From the NCBI GenBank assembly GCA_001599295.1, contig BCGN01000002.1, positions 1,860,001 to 1,924,000 of the forward strand: DNA of 64,000 nucleotides. The letters run 5' to 3'. Shown in pieces: positions 46,271-58,965 of the stretch. The notes beneath the pieces were generated by a model that had not been told where the DNA came from, searched no databases, and saw only the letters and a program-made list of their open reading frames with translations. Position 1 is the stretch's first letter. Each line of letters begins with the position of its first letter. The translations under genes were made by a program, and so were the position numbers. The DNA comes from Sporopachydermia quercuum. Lineage: Eukaryota.

Positions 46271-47032
46271 TAAATAACTGAGCAATGTATGGATCAAAGA
46301 GCAATCAACAAAGACATTTCTTCATACTAAATGAACTACGGATAACATTGATCTCTCCTTAATGTCGAGTTTCTTGTAGCCCAAACACAATAATTGCTGG
46401 TGGTGCATTACACAGTCGCCGAATCCCATCTGATCTTCTCTTACAAGCACCAGAACACCAGTACATCTAAAAATAATCTAGCACTTATATACAAACAATT
46501 TCATTATCATTCAAATTCCATTTAAGTCTCTATCCTTCTCTTTATTGTTACTGCCTTGACCACTCATCTGTTCTCTCTGCTTTCTGTACAGTTTATTATT
46601 GTTCTTCCTTCCTCCTCGATCTCTGTGCAACTTTATTTCCCAATTGGATAACCGTTGAAACTGAGTTCTTGTCTTCCCGGACAATGCACTTTTCACTCTC
46701 GGACACGGAGATCGACACCATTCAGTGGTCAGCGTCGAAAAAAAAGTGGAGATGGGATGAACAAATGTATGATCAGAAAGTAACCCCAATTCGGCTATCT
46801 GAAGGAAGAAACAGTTGTTCCGAAGTCTCGAAGCTGTGGGAATTGAATATTTACAAGATAACAGTTCGCCAATTACTTTAAACCAGCAGAAATTCTACAA
46901 CAGCAACAGCAACGGCAATCCCCTCATCACTGTTGCTTGCTTGAGGCGGTCCTATCGGTTATCACATACAAATGGAATACCATTAGATAAATACGTTCTG
47001 TTTAACCAACTAACGAAACTAACGGTAAACAC

Positions 47033-48397
47033 ATGATGTCTATATCAACAGTTGTGAAAAATAATAGGAATTATGGCATTGTAGTGAAGAAATATTTTCT
47101 AGGATTGAGGTTTTCCTCAACCAGCGTGAAAAGTCATTCACATGCTACTAAAAGTCATATAACTCCTGGTGATGATGATTCACCTATGGTATCCGTACCA
47201 GAAGGATACAGACCACCAACAGCACCTACAGGTTTACCGTTATCAAAACTATTGACGAATGTTTTTCCGTTATCATATAGCGAAGCATTCAAGCAGTGGA
47301 AAAATAGGAAAAACTTGAAAAAATGGGAAGAAAACGTATTCAAATTACTACCGTTCTATTTGCACCCTGATGACACTAGGAAAGTATCAAGCAATTTGGT
47401 TCCTATTTCATCGAAAAATTACTTAAACGAGTTTGAAGTAACCAATACTCAACCAATAGCTACAAATGGTGAACGGGAACATTTACTACTTATTCATGGT
47501 TATGGAGCGGGTTTAGGTTTCTTTTATAAGAACTTTGATGCATTATCGTCTCGTCCTGGTTGGACTTTGCATGCAATTGATTTATTGGGATATGGTAGAT
47601 CATCAAGACCAAAGTTCCGTTTAAATGACAAGAGAAGCTGGTGGGAAAGATTAACCAAAAAATTGGGTAAAGAAGAGAAAGCAAAATTAGCTGAAGACTG
47701 GTTCACTGATTCGATTGAAGCATACAGGAAAGCCAAAGGTCTGAAGAAATTCACCATTGTTGCTCACTCATTGGGAGCATATCTTTCATCAGCATATACA
47801 ATCAAGTATCCAGGTCATGTTAAAAAGCTGATTTTGGTTTCACCTGCTGGTGTAAGTAAACCAGATAAAAGTGTATCAGTTCCAGCATGGTTTAACTTCT
47901 TATGGGAACAACATGTTTCACCATTCAGTTTGGTACGGAATACTGGACCGTTTGGGCCTAGATTTGTATCCGGTTGGTCAGCAAGAAGATTCGCTCGTTT
48001 GCCAGAAAGTGAAAGAAAAGTTCTTCATGAATATACTTATGGAATATTCAATGCTCTTGGTTCTGGTGAATATGCATTGAATTTCTTGTTGGGACCCGGT
48101 GCTATTTCGAGGAGACCTTTAGAAACATGGGCTAAAGATATCAACTGTGATACTGTTTGGATATACGGAGAGAAAGACTGGATAGATATCAATGGGGGTA
48201 TTCATAGTTTGCAAGCGATAGAACAAGAGAATAAACATAGAGATAAAGCGCATAAATTAAGATGTCGATTAGATGTTGCTCCAAAATGTGGTCACCATAT
48301 TTATTTGGATAATTATCAATACTTTAATGAGTTGGTACTGAAAGAAATGGAACAAGTTGAACAAGATGTTATGAATAAAAGAGTGAATTATGTATAG
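47033..48397 (+). CDS. CLD1: Cardiolipin-specific deacylase-like alpha/beta hydrolase (Cld1/Ict1/ABHD4-5 family)
   Basis: HGYGAGLGFF, DLLGYGRSSRP, AHSLG nucleophile, GHHIYLD (HxxxxD); presequence-like N-terminus. Confidence 0.75.
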   Translation: MMSISTVVKNNRNYGIVVKKYFLGLRFSSTSVKSHSHATKSHITPGDDDSPMVSVPEGYRPPTAPTGLPLSKLLTNVFPLSYSEAFKQWKNRKNLKKWEENVFKLLPFYLHPDDTRKVSSNLVPISSKNYLNEFEVTNTQPIATNGEREHLLLIHGYGAGLGFFYKNFDALSSRPGWTLHAIDLLGYGRSSRPKFRLNDKRSWWERLTKKLGKEEKAKLAEDWFTDSIEAYRKAKGLKKFTIVAHSLGAYLSSAYTIKYPGHVKKLILVSPAGVSKPDKSVSVPAWFNFLWEQHVSPFSLVRNTGPFGPRFVSGWSARRFARLPESERKVLHEYTYGIFNALGSGEYALNFLLGPGAISRRPLETWAKDINCDTVWIYGEKDWIDINGGIHSLQAIEQENKHRDKAHKLRCRLDVAPKCGHHIYLDNYQYFNELVLKEMEQVEQDVMNKRVNYV

Positions 48398-48759
48398 ATA
48401 GGTGTTAGTTTGTTAATATTATGAAAGTGCATTGATTATTTATTAAGATGCGGAACAGTAAAAATGTAAGGTTATTGACTGCTATGAAAACTATGGAGCC
48501 AGTATCATAACACATTACTAACTGAATGGCCATATTTAACACTCTCTTCTGTATGTAATCAAGCGACAGAAAAGAAAACCTGAGGTCCTACTTAAAAACG
48601 CAACAGATGTAACAAGTAAGGAATAGTAAAGTATAATAAAATACAATTAAGGAATATCTACCTTCATCACTAAATAAAACCAAATCGTTCAGATAAGTAA
48701 AAATCAAATTAAATTAGACTGAATCAACTTCAGAAAACCAGTCAAACATTAAAGCTGGT

Positions 48760-50850
48760 TCAACTATTTCGAGCATATTCTTCATTAATTTTTTCTTGGT
48801 TATCAGCTAAAATCTTCTTTCTCTGCAACTTTTGGGCACTGGTGACGAACCCATTTTGAGGGGTCCATTCCTTATCAGAAAATACAACACCACAAATCAA
48901 TTCGATACCACCGAGTTTTTGGGATTTTCCAGTTTCAATCAAACTTTGGAGAATAGATCTATGGATCTTTGGATCCGCAACTAAATCATTAACATCATCA
49001 CCCTTAACTCCTAATTCTTCNGCGAGATGTTTAACATGGGCCTCATTAGGGTAAATGATGGCTATAGGTTTAACTCTGTTTTCATCTGCATAACAACATA
49101 TGTTTCCAACATTAACGTTTGATCTGTAAACTGATTCAAGTTTTTCCAATGCAATGTATTCTCCGTTGGAGGTTTTAACTAAATTCTTCTTTCTGTCAAT
49201 CAACTTCAATTGACCACTGGTAGTCCATTCACCAATATCACCAGTACAGAACCAACCTTCTTCGTCAAAAGCGGCTGTAGTTTCTGCATCNTTAAGGAAA
49301 TACTCTGGAGTAACTGGTGCGCCTCTGATAAGAACTTCACCTTGATCATTTTTAGCAAAATAACCCGCATCAGGTACATCACGTAGTTTAACNGTTACGG
49401 CACCAGTAAGTTGACCAACAACTCCGAATTCAAATCTATCGGGAGCTGTAATTGAAGTATTGGCAACGGTTTCTGTCAAACCGTAACCAAGCAACATAGG
49501 GCAGATAAGTGTTGTGACAAACTTTTGACAGTCTGACGAGACAGAGGATCCACCATTTAATACATATCGCAATCTTCCTCCTGTAGCCTGTTTAATCTTC
49601 CTGAAAATCAACGAGTCGATGATACCAGTACCTGGGATACCTCTAGCAGCCATAGTGGCTTTAGTATTGAAAGCAGCCCAGAAGACTTTTTGAGTAAATG
49701 ATGGTTGTTTTTTGATTTGAGACAAGATTCCTTTTCTGACAGTCTCCCAAACTGCAGAGACACCAACCATGATTGTAGGTTTGAATTCCCTGATATCACC
49801 CAAACAATTGCGAACAGAAAGGTCAGAGAGTGTTCTAGGGTTACCATAACCCAAGCAACCACCCCAATAGAAAGCTGCAAGTTCAAAGGTCAACTCAAAT
49901 ATATGAGCTAATGGTAAGAAAGCTAATAACTTGTCGCTTTGATTAATATATTTGCGTGTAACAACATTAACAGCACCTGCAACACCAGCAACAACATTTG
50001 AGTGTAAAAGCACAACACCTTTTGGAGTTCCTGTACTACCAGAAGTGTACATAATACAAGCTAAATCAGATGGTTTAGGATAATAATTCTTAATATCTGT
50101 AGCTTCTTCACCTAATTTCAAGAGTTCATCAAATGATATAAGCTTGATATTTGGATGTTGTTCCAAAATGGTATCAGCGGCTTCCTTAGCTTCAGCGTAA
50201 AATTTGCCATTATCTCGTTTATCATTTTCATCGATTGGTTCAGCGTGAATGATATAGCGAATTGAATCAGATTTATTGAGAGGAGTGATTAAAGCTTTAA
50301 GGATAGAGTTATCAACAAACACAGCACTGGGCTTAGCTTGATTAATAGCATGAACAAGACCAGTTTCTCCTAATGTATCGTAAGAAGTAACTATTGGAAT
50401 TGCTTGATGAGTACTTGCAAGAAACATTTGCATCCATTTAGAGCTTGTAGAGGCAAAAATGTGTAATTTTTCCTCATTGTTAGGCTTCACTCCTAATTTA
50501 ACTAAACCCTTGCCCAAAAGGTCAACTTGAGTTCCTAGTTTATTATAGCTGATATATTTATATTCAGATAAATGGAAATAGTTCCAGATTTTTTCAACTT
50601 GAGTTTCCTTACCATCAATGATTTTGGTGATCATGCGTTTCTCCTCAACCATATCAACAAGATCTCTTTGAGCAACAGCGTCTCTGTTGCCATTTCTTTT
50701 CACTGCTTCTCTGAATAGTTCATAAACTGTTGTAGCTTTAGACTCATCAGGGATGGTGATTGCTTGATCAACTACCTTATGACTTCTTCTTGGTGCAGTT
50801 TCGCCAGGTTTGGCTTCTCCAACTGGGACATTAACTAATGATTTCCCCAT
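48760..50850 (-). CDS. FAA1: Long-chain fatty acyl-CoA synthetase (Faa1/Faa4 type)
   Basis: YTSGSTGTPKGV, GYGLTET, GWFCTGDIG, IDRKKNLVK..GEYIALEKLES; ATG at 50850. Confidence 0.9.
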   Translation of the reverse strand: MGKSLVNVPVGEAKPGETAPRRSHKVVDQAITIPDESKATTVYELFREAVKRNGNRDAVAQRDLVDMVEEKRMITKIIDGKETQVEKIWNYFHLSEYKYISYNKLGTQVDLLGKGLVKLGVKPNNEEKLHIFASTSSKWMQMFLASTHQAIPIVTSYDTLGETGLVHAINQAKPSAVFVDNSILKALITPLNKSDSIRYIIHAEPIDENDKRDNGKFYAEAKEAADTILEQHPNIKLISFDELLKLGEEATDIKNYYPKPSDLACIMYTSGSTGTPKGVVLLHSNVVAGVAGAVNVVTRKYINQSDKLLAFLPLAHIFELTFELAAFYWGGCLGYGNPRTLSDLSVRNCLGDIREFKPTIMVGVSAVWETVRKGILSQIKKQPSFTQKVFWAAFNTKATMAARGIPGTGIIDSLIFRKIKQATGGRLRYVLNGGSSVSSDCQKFVTTLICPMLLGYGLTETVANTSITAPDRFEFGVVGQLTGAVXVKLRDVPDAGYFAKNDQGEVLIRGAPVTPEYFLXDAETTAAFDEEGWFCTGDIGEWTTSGQLKLIDRKKNLVKTSNGEYIALEKLESVYRSNVNVGNICCYADENRVKPIAIIYPNEAHVKHLXEELGVKGDDVNDLVADPKIHRSILQSLIETGKSQKLGGIELICGVVFSDKEWTPQNGFVTSAQKLQRKKILADNQEKINEEYARNS

Positions 50851-53800
50851 TTTGATGAACAAATAATGATGATGTTGTTATCGTTTATTGAGCAGATGTG
50901 TTTTGATATGACCCCTGAGACTAATAGAATTAAGCGGTAAAACTCAGCAGAGCAAATAATTGTATCTTCCAACTGCTTAGTTAATATCTGTATTGGATAA
51001 TCAACGTCTTTCCTTTACTTTCAGTAATTTATTCTCTGTATAACAATTATTCATTCGTCCACCTCAACAAGCTCAAGCTCTCAGTTCAATACTCACTGTT
51101 CGATAGATTTAATGTAGTTACTTCAGCTAACAAACACTTAAACGTCGTCAACTTTTTGAAATATTCAACAAGAACCTACCTATGTTTTCATTCTTTTCTT
51201 GAAAGCAACAGCTAGATTCCTCTCTTTCACAATTATCTGGATAATGAGCTTCAGGTACTTGATCCTTCTTTCTTTACTATTGAAACTCCACTTTTTCTCT
51301 TCTTCTTCTTGGTTCTTTCGGTCTTTTTATTTATTTCGAACCGAGACTTAATTGTGGTATACCGAAGTTTTGGCCTCCTTGTTTTACGTATATAAACACA
51401 GGAATTAGGAAACTAGATTGGATTTGCCATTCACCAATCGGTACAGACACTTAACTGACAGAATTAAAGCCTTTTTAGTGCGTATACGTACGTAAGAAGG
51501 TGGGGAAGAAGAAAAATATGATTTGTAAGTGCCATTGTCCTTATTTATTGTAGCAATTAATGGAATTACATCAAGTAGAAGAAATGATAAAATAAAGATC
51601 ATGCTGATATCTAATATTGGGACTATGCAGATAAGTAAAAAGCAGCCAATAGCAGTGGAATTCTAAAATGAATGAGATCAGTTAATAGATTAGACTTGGA
51701 ATGTGTTGAAGAAAAAATCATTGAACTCAATCGAATACCTTAAGCTCCCTGTAAAATCTGTTCCTCATCACTATTAGAAAATGGGCCAAAAATTGGTTAG
51801 CTGTGCCTTATTCCTTATATAGAGTTCGCTCACTATATCATTTTTTATTGACTGGTAGGGTCTAGTGATCATAAATAATCAATCGAAGCGAATAAATAGA
51901 CTAAAATCAAAGGTTTAAACGGTGTCTTACAATGAAGATCATTTCTTATAATTGTAGTTCTCTAATTAAAATGTAACTAGTAAATGAAAGGTAAATGAGG
52001 AAGGAACAACCAATACCAATTGTAGTGTCAGCAAAACTGTCATCATTGTTTTATTATATCTCAAGTGATGATGGTCTTGGCTAGTGGGGAAAGGCAAAAA
52101 AGGACCTTCGCGTATTGATGTTATATTGCCGGCTGTGTACNTTATGTGCAAATGGAGATAAGAAGATTTATATAATGAGTAGGAGAAGAAATTTTGATAG
52201 CAGATTGAACTAAAGTAGTAGAATCCTCAGAAAGCTATCACATTGTTCGCAGGAGAAACAGATGGACTGAGGAGCTTTTGCTAATGGAATCAGGGAACTA
52301 AGGGTTATGATTCATGGGTCAAAACTTTCTATTCGGAAGTCGCTGTTATCTACTATGACAACTCAATAAATGTTCTACTCAATAAGATTTAGCAAGAGTG
52401 GGATTGCCGGTAAACTAACTGCTTGCGAAATGCTATATAAACTAGGNAACTCCTTGATTACTTCTTTTCAAAGACTTGATTGATGGGATGTTGAAGTTTT
52501 AGCATCTTGATGTAGTATAGTCAGTGTTGACTTTTGTTATCCAAGATGACGAAATGAATTAATATCAAAGACCTTTATTGTTGTCAATATAGGCAATTGA
52601 TATATTGAATGATCCATTCAATCTATTATCTTACTTTCGAGCCTTCCTTGATGTTATATCTTTTACATGATGTCTTTGCCTACCTAAATTCCCTTGGTTC
52701 TTACTAACTATACCAGGTATCAACTACACCAACTTTTGTATACCATCAAATAATAACGATTTTTTACTTCATCTAATAACCATTTGTTATGTTCTGCTAC
52801 TTCTATTGATCCTGAGCTCTTGATACCAAAAAACGATGCTTGTTGATGATGTACGCAAGGTTTCCAACATGCGTTACAGCCGTTGCTTGAATCATCACGA
52901 CTCGTAAAATACGTCAAACAGAATTTTTTGGAAGTCCAAACAAAAAACACAACTGTTGTTTTTACCCAACAAAATTTCACCCATAGAATAATCATTCATT
53001 CTGAAAAGATAAGGGATATGGTAATGATTCCATCATATTTCTGAACTCTTATTGGGAATGAGAAAACATCTCAAGCCGAAAGCCCTTTTTGCTTAGTTAT
53101 CATCACATTCATCTTGTCAACTTCANTTTTTTCTTTAAAGAAAAAAAAAAGAAAAGAAAAACTCCAAATGAAAGTATACTTTGGAAAAAAATGGTGTGCT
53201 ACGGTCAAGAATCAATCAGTCTGTTTTGGCAAATTATCTTAAAGTCTGAGAAAGGGTTGGGTTTTAGAATTATGAGACGCTTTCATTGTTACTGGGGAAG
53301 TTTTCAAGTTGACCAAAGACCGTCCCATTTGGATGTTATCTCGGANAAAAGAACCGATAACTGACTGCACAATCCAATAATTTTTTTTTTTTGTTTTTTT
53401 GCTCCTGATCGCAGAAAAATATGCAAATTCATTTTTTACTAAGANACCAGGTTTGTTCCCAGATGCCTTCCTCAGCAATTATTAATACCCTCCTATTTTC
53501 AACTGCAACCAACTTCACTTACGTCAGTGTGTCATCACTTATCCGTAGTTACATACAATATTGTACCGCACTGTATCCTAGCTGAAGATACCCTTCGCAG
53601 TCAATATTGAATAGATTTTACGTGAGTAGTTTTCATATTTATTAGAACGCATTTATTTGATTACATTATCTGATGCTTGCCACCTATTACTAGGATACTA
53701 GGATGTCTATTGTTTCCTCGCTCGAACTGCCATTCTCATGATCAGACTTGAATATTAATATTAGATCGTATGTTGCATTCTCTCGCTAAAACTTGCGTTA

Positions 53801-54285
53801 AACTGCTTATTTCTCCATATGCTTATCCTGCCTCCCATTTGGTAATCATCCATACAAAACGATAGGACAAAAATTGTGAGCTGAATTCATTGCTCCAATA
53901 CAAACAGCTACAGTTATGAGAGGCCCAAATCTCTTTCATATAAATGAGCATCAGCTCCGAAAGTATTCTTAGATAACTATATAACCCTGCATTGCCGGTG
54001 GAATGTCGCTTTTAGGTTTTGCTACGGAAAATAGTTACCATATTAAGAAGCTTCTATTTTTATAGTTACTCCAATGGAAGTTGATTTTAAACTACTGCAG
54101 GATTAATGCGCTAGACTTGCATATTTTAGTCATGGCATCAGGCATATTAAACCCGGCATGTTGTTTTTCATTGAACAGCTGTGAATGTTGATGCTATCAA
54201 CTGATACTACTAGTTAGTTACACTACTAATGTTATCGAAGGATTGATCTCGACTGATATCTGAACTGTATGATATACCATTAAAA

Positions 54286-56289
54286 ATGAAAGGACTGCTA
54301 TACCTAAGCTTCCTTTTACCAAGTCTGCTGACGGGAGTAGCGGCTTGGTCACCGACAAACTCATATGCTCCTGGTATTGTTAAATGTCCAGATGTTTCAA
54401 CATTTGTTCGATCTGCTGACAAATTGTCAGAAAATGAGGAGGAATACATTCAAGAAAGACACAAGAAAACACAAATAGCTATCCGTAGTTTCCTAGAAAC
54501 TGCCAACCTGACTGATTTCAATATTGATACGTTTTTATCAAACGCATCTCAACAGTTGAGTTATGGTGCAGCTTTCTCGGGTGGTGGATACAGAGCTATG
54601 CTTGTGGGTGCGGGCCAATTTGCAGCATTGGATAACCGTACTGATGGGGCTTTTGAAAATGGGTTAGGAGGGTTCTTGGACGCTTCTTCCTATATCTCAG
54701 GGTTATCTGGAGGTAATTGGATGCTAGGTTCAGTTGTCTTGAACAACTGGACTACTATTCCCGACTTAGTTGGCGATGATGAAATTTGGGATTTAGATCA
54801 TTCAATGTTTAATCCTGGTGGAAGTAACATCATTGAAACTACACGATATTGGACAACAATTAGAGATAATGTGGGTGACAAAAGGGATGCAGGTTTCAAT
54901 GTTTCTCTAACTGATGCTTGGGGTAGAGCATTGAGTTATCAATTTTTCCCTACTCTACCAGAATTTGGGGCAGCATACACATGGAGCACTATTAAAGACT
55001 CAAAGCCTTTCCAAGACTACGATCTTCCTTTCCCTATCGTTGTTGCTGTAGGTAGGTACCCTCATACGATTGTTGTTAATCTGAACTCTACAGTCTTTGA
55101 ATTCAATCCTTTTGAAATGGGATCTTGGGACCCTTCTCTATTTGCTTTCACTGATGTTCAATACATTGGTACTAATGTTTCAGATGGTGTTCCTCTAAAT
55201 GATTCTGCTTGTATAGAAGGTTTTGACAATGCTGGTTTTATATTGGGTACATCGTCTTCATTGTTCTCAGGTGCACTTCCTTTACTAAATGGAACAGACG
55301 ATGGTGATTCTTTACTTTTAACGGCAGCTGAAACATTTTTGGGTGATTTATCTCAAGATGAAAACGATATTGCTGTATATGGACCCAATCCATTTTATGA
55401 CGTGAATACAGAGCTAAGCAGTATTGGATCATCCAGTATCTTAGCTCTAGTTGATGGTGGTATGGACAATCAAAATGTTCCATTGGTGCCTCTTATTCAA
55501 CCTACTAGAAATCTTGATCTGATTTTAGCATTTGATAATTCAGCTGACACAGATTTATCATGGCCCAATGGATCATCATTAGTTGCTACGTATGAACGAC
55601 AATTCGGTCCACAGGGAAATAACACTGCGTTCCCTTATGTTCCCGACGTTAATACTTTCTTGGCTCGTAATCTCACATCAAAACCTACCTTCTTTGGTTG
55701 TTATGCAAGTAACCTTACAAGTCTTGGTACTGATACTGTCCCACCATTGGTCGCTTACGTGGCTAACAGGCCATTCTCTTATGATACAAACACATCTACA
55801 TTTAAAATGAGTTATGATACGGATGAACTTGTGTCTATGGTTACTGGTGGATTTGAGATTGCTTCGCGTAATAATTTCACTATAGTTGAAGATTGGAAAA
55901 CATGTTTAGCGTGTGCTATGGTTCAAAGGGAATTAGAACGATCAGGTCAGCCTCAAACAGACCAATGTAAAAACTGTTTCGACGAATATTGTTGGGATGG
56001 TGAAACCGTAGATTATGCTGTTAATTCAAGTTTTGTTTATTGGACTCCAACTGGGGCAAGTTTTATTACTACTGATGGTGTTAATACTACAACAGGGGAA
56101 AAAGCTCAAACAGGATCCGATTCAACAGAAAGTGATGAGCCCCAGTCTTCCGGATCTGGAGAAACTGGCTCTAATGAAAGTGGTTCTAGTGAGACTAGCA
56201 GCGATAGCTCAAATGCAGCTATCTCATTGTCCTTTAGTACTCCCTTGATGTTGTCTCTTGTGGCTTTGATCTTTGCTCTGACTGTCTAA
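54286..56289 (+). CDS. PLB1: Lysophospholipase / phospholipase B, secreted and probably GPI-anchored
   Basis: Signal peptide, SGGGYRAM, GLSGG, VDGGMD..N; Ser-rich linker and hydrophobic C-terminus. Confidence 0.9.
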   Translation: MKGLLYLSFLLPSLLTGVAAWSPTNSYAPGIVKCPDVSTFVRSADKLSENEEEYIQERHKKTQIAIRSFLETANLTDFNIDTFLSNASQQLSYGAAFSGGGYRAMLVGAGQFAALDNRTDGAFENGLGGFLDASSYISGLSGGNWMLGSVVLNNWTTIPDLVGDDEIWDLDHSMFNPGGSNIIETTRYWTTIRDNVGDKRDAGFNVSLTDAWGRALSYQFFPTLPEFGAAYTWSTIKDSKPFQDYDLPFPIVVAVGRYPHTIVVNLNSTVFEFNPFEMGSWDPSLFAFTDVQYIGTNVSDGVPLNDSACIEGFDNAGFILGTSSSLFSGALPLLNGTDDGDSLLLTAAETFLGDLSQDENDIAVYGPNPFYDVNTELSSIGSSSILALVDGGMDNQNVPLVPLIQPTRNLDLILAFDNSADTDLSWPNGSSLVATYERQFGPQGNNTAFPYVPDVNTFLARNLTSKPTFFGCYASNLTSLGTDTVPPLVAYVANRPFSYDTNTSTFKMSYDTDELVSMVTGGFEIASRNNFTIVEDWKTCLACAMVQRELERSGQPQTDQCKNCFDEYCWDGETVDYAVNSSFVYWTPTGASFITTDGVNTTTGEKAQTGSDSTESDEPQSSGSGETGSNESGSSETSSDSSNAAISLSFSTPLMLSLVALIFALTV

Positions 56290-57442
56290 AGTTAGTTGTG
56301 ATAAGGTTAAATTTATCCCAGTCTAATTGTTTTTCCTTAACTAAAATATTGTGACAATTTTGTTTATGTATCATTATACCAGTTTATAAGGAAAAGAAAA
56401 TTAAAAATACTACTTGAATGTATTTTATTATAATTGAAGGGCTGTGATACTCCGTAGAATTTGCGAAGAAGATGAAGAGTATGTCTCTTCTTAGGTATCT
56501 GGTCGCTATCTCCGAGATGTTTCATATGCAGGTCTCTCAAGCGATAAATGCATGATACAGCAATTATACATAACAGGGGGGGGGCGAACATGTGTAACTC
56601 CCAAGACCTTCTCAATAGCTTTTAGAGAAGTAGTAAGTTGAGAATATATATGTAATCAGACAGAATCAATTTTGATGTTTTGCTGGTTTTTGTTTGGCTA
56701 TTTCTGGTTCTTTTGAGGTACTTTAATCATACATTCTGAAACCTTTCATGCAAGTTCCAACCACTGCATAAGAAGTGTCTTTTTGGAAGTTCATGGAGCA
56801 ACTAGTGGCTTTCTCTGTTTCATCTAGAACACTGCCCAATAACCAACGATACACACTAAATTCCAATTGATNAATATACTATTTATTCTATGTTACTCTT
56901 CTGATGGACAACCACTCGGGAATCAAATAGTAGTATGTATCTATGTATATCTATTAATTGAGAGTAAATACAAAAATATCCGCTATCAATTAATAGAAAC
57001 CAGGTAGATAGCTTCAACAAATTCAATTACAATAAACTCCTTCAATAAGCTCTTTTATATGAAATTTTGCTTTCGAACTTTAAACTCCGGAGTTAACTTT
57101 AACTTTATCCGAAAACAGTCTCAAATATAAATGCATCAAACTTGCCACTCTTTAAATATTTTTCTTATTACTTTTGCGTTTAAGAAACTACCTAGAAAAC
57201 GACAACAAGCAGAGAGAAGAACAAATATAACGAATGACCAGAAACGTTAATTCTCGTGTTTTATTCTCGGTTGCTTAAAGGAACCAGGAAAATTCAAGAA
57301 TTAAGAGATATATTTTGAAGGCATTTACTTGAAGGTAAATGAAAATTGCCATTTATTCCTTTGAATGGGAGAGCTAATCACCGTCATTGTGCCTATTCAC
57401 ACTGAAGAAAAGTAGCATTCAGTAATAGTTAGTATTAGCATA

Positions 57443-58637
57443 ATGGGGGAAGTGATTGACCAAACAATTGAATTAAATCTTGACATTGCTGGACAATGCA
57501 ATAATGAATTGGTGGCGAAGAATGCGCCTATGGGGGATTTGTCACTTCTGATGTCTTACTTAGAGAGTCAGGTCAGTAGTGTAGAAGAGAACTTGAGAGA
57601 TGATACTATACAAAATGTAAGAGAACTGGACTCATTCAGATCAGAANTGCCTGGCATGTCTGATTTCATAAAGTATGTATGATTTGAAAAGTTTATTTAG
57701 GGGCATTCAATTTGCATAGCACAATAATTGATGTTTGAACCTATTTGAATATGACGTAACTTCTGTTGGACTGTTGGAAAAACGAGTACATACTAACTTT
57801 CGATTAAGTTATGACAATAGTAATGTGATACATGCAGATGATATGAGATTTGATCGAGAGTCAAGTTTACCAAGTTATTCATCGGGAGATCTACTATCGC
57901 ATGGTGATGAAATTGCTTCTTACTCAGCGCCAACATCAAGCTCGGACTCATCTTTCTCATCAAAGTCAGGTAACAGTGATTCAACCTCATCAGTAGGGGT
58001 TACCAGTGAATCTTCTAGTCGCTCTCATAGAAGATGTGGCTGCGAAAGATATATGCAAAGATTAAAGAAAGTTCGATTATTGGATCCGTTTACTTGGGGT
58101 ATCCTGTTTGATGATTCATTCATGACATGCTCAAATAGTTTCAGGTGTATAACTAAGAAATACCAACGGGAATTGTCTCAGGAATCTCTATTTGAAGAAG
58201 AGGAACAATGTGGACTTCTTGCTTTTCGTAAGTCTTTGAGCCAGTACTCTTTATCCCTAAAGAAAAACATTAATGGCACTGATCCTCAAACTGTATTATC
58301 TCAACTAAAGCTTGTAGGGGCTTTGTCTCTATATCACTTCTGCTCGTGTATTGATTTGATAACTGCTATCGTTGCTGAAAAGCATCGTCAAAAAATCATT
58401 CACAGAAAGAGATGCTTCTACTTTGGTCTATGTCTCATTGAAAGTGTNCATACCCTGAGTTCCCTCATCACATCTGGGAAACCTATTCCATATTCTTCGG
58501 CTAACTACAATTCTATGAGTAAGGTGTCAAGCAACAACGGTAAATGTAATGATGGTAAGAATAAAAAGAGAAGGAAATGGAAAAATAAGACAAAGAAGAC
58601 TATATTATCCTTTTTCCCTTCTATCATGACGTGTTAA
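57443..58637 (+). CDS. Hypothetical protein, two exons (57443-57672; 57809 or 57821 to 58637)
   Basis: GTATGT at 57673 and TACTAAC at 57791. Both candidate acceptors (AAG 57808, TAG 57820) join the two ORFs in frame. No family recognised. Confidence 0.55.
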
Positions 58638-58659
58638 TTTTAGACTCATGGCAGTTGAC

Positions 58660-58681
58660 TTAGTTATGAATTAGTTATGAA
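58660..58681 (+). repeat. Tandem 11-bp duplication (TTAGTTATGAA)x2
   Basis: Seen directly in the 3' region of the orphan gene. Confidence 0.75.
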
Positions 58682-58965
58682 TTTTTGTATATAATTTTTT
58701 GATGAGAATGGTTTTGGTTTGGATTGATTTCGGGTGTTATTATTGACTTGTTGTTCGACGTTGGGGGTTCTTGTATTTTTTTTTATTTTTTTTATTTTTT
58801 TCATTAATCTACTTTATTGTATAAATTCTCTCTCTCTCTTCCTCATATTTTAATCAACTATAGTATTAATGTAAGTACTGTTTCTCACGTATTGTTCTAT
58901 TATATATTCGAGCATTGATTACCAAACAGTCCGTTCTGTTGTAACAGCAATTCGCGATCGTAACA

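Noticed and set aside
46261..46400. ATCACGTGAC (and CACGTGAC at 22115) as CDEI of a point centromere
   Set aside because: No very AT-rich CDEII tract or CDEIII follows; these are better explained as promoter E-boxes.
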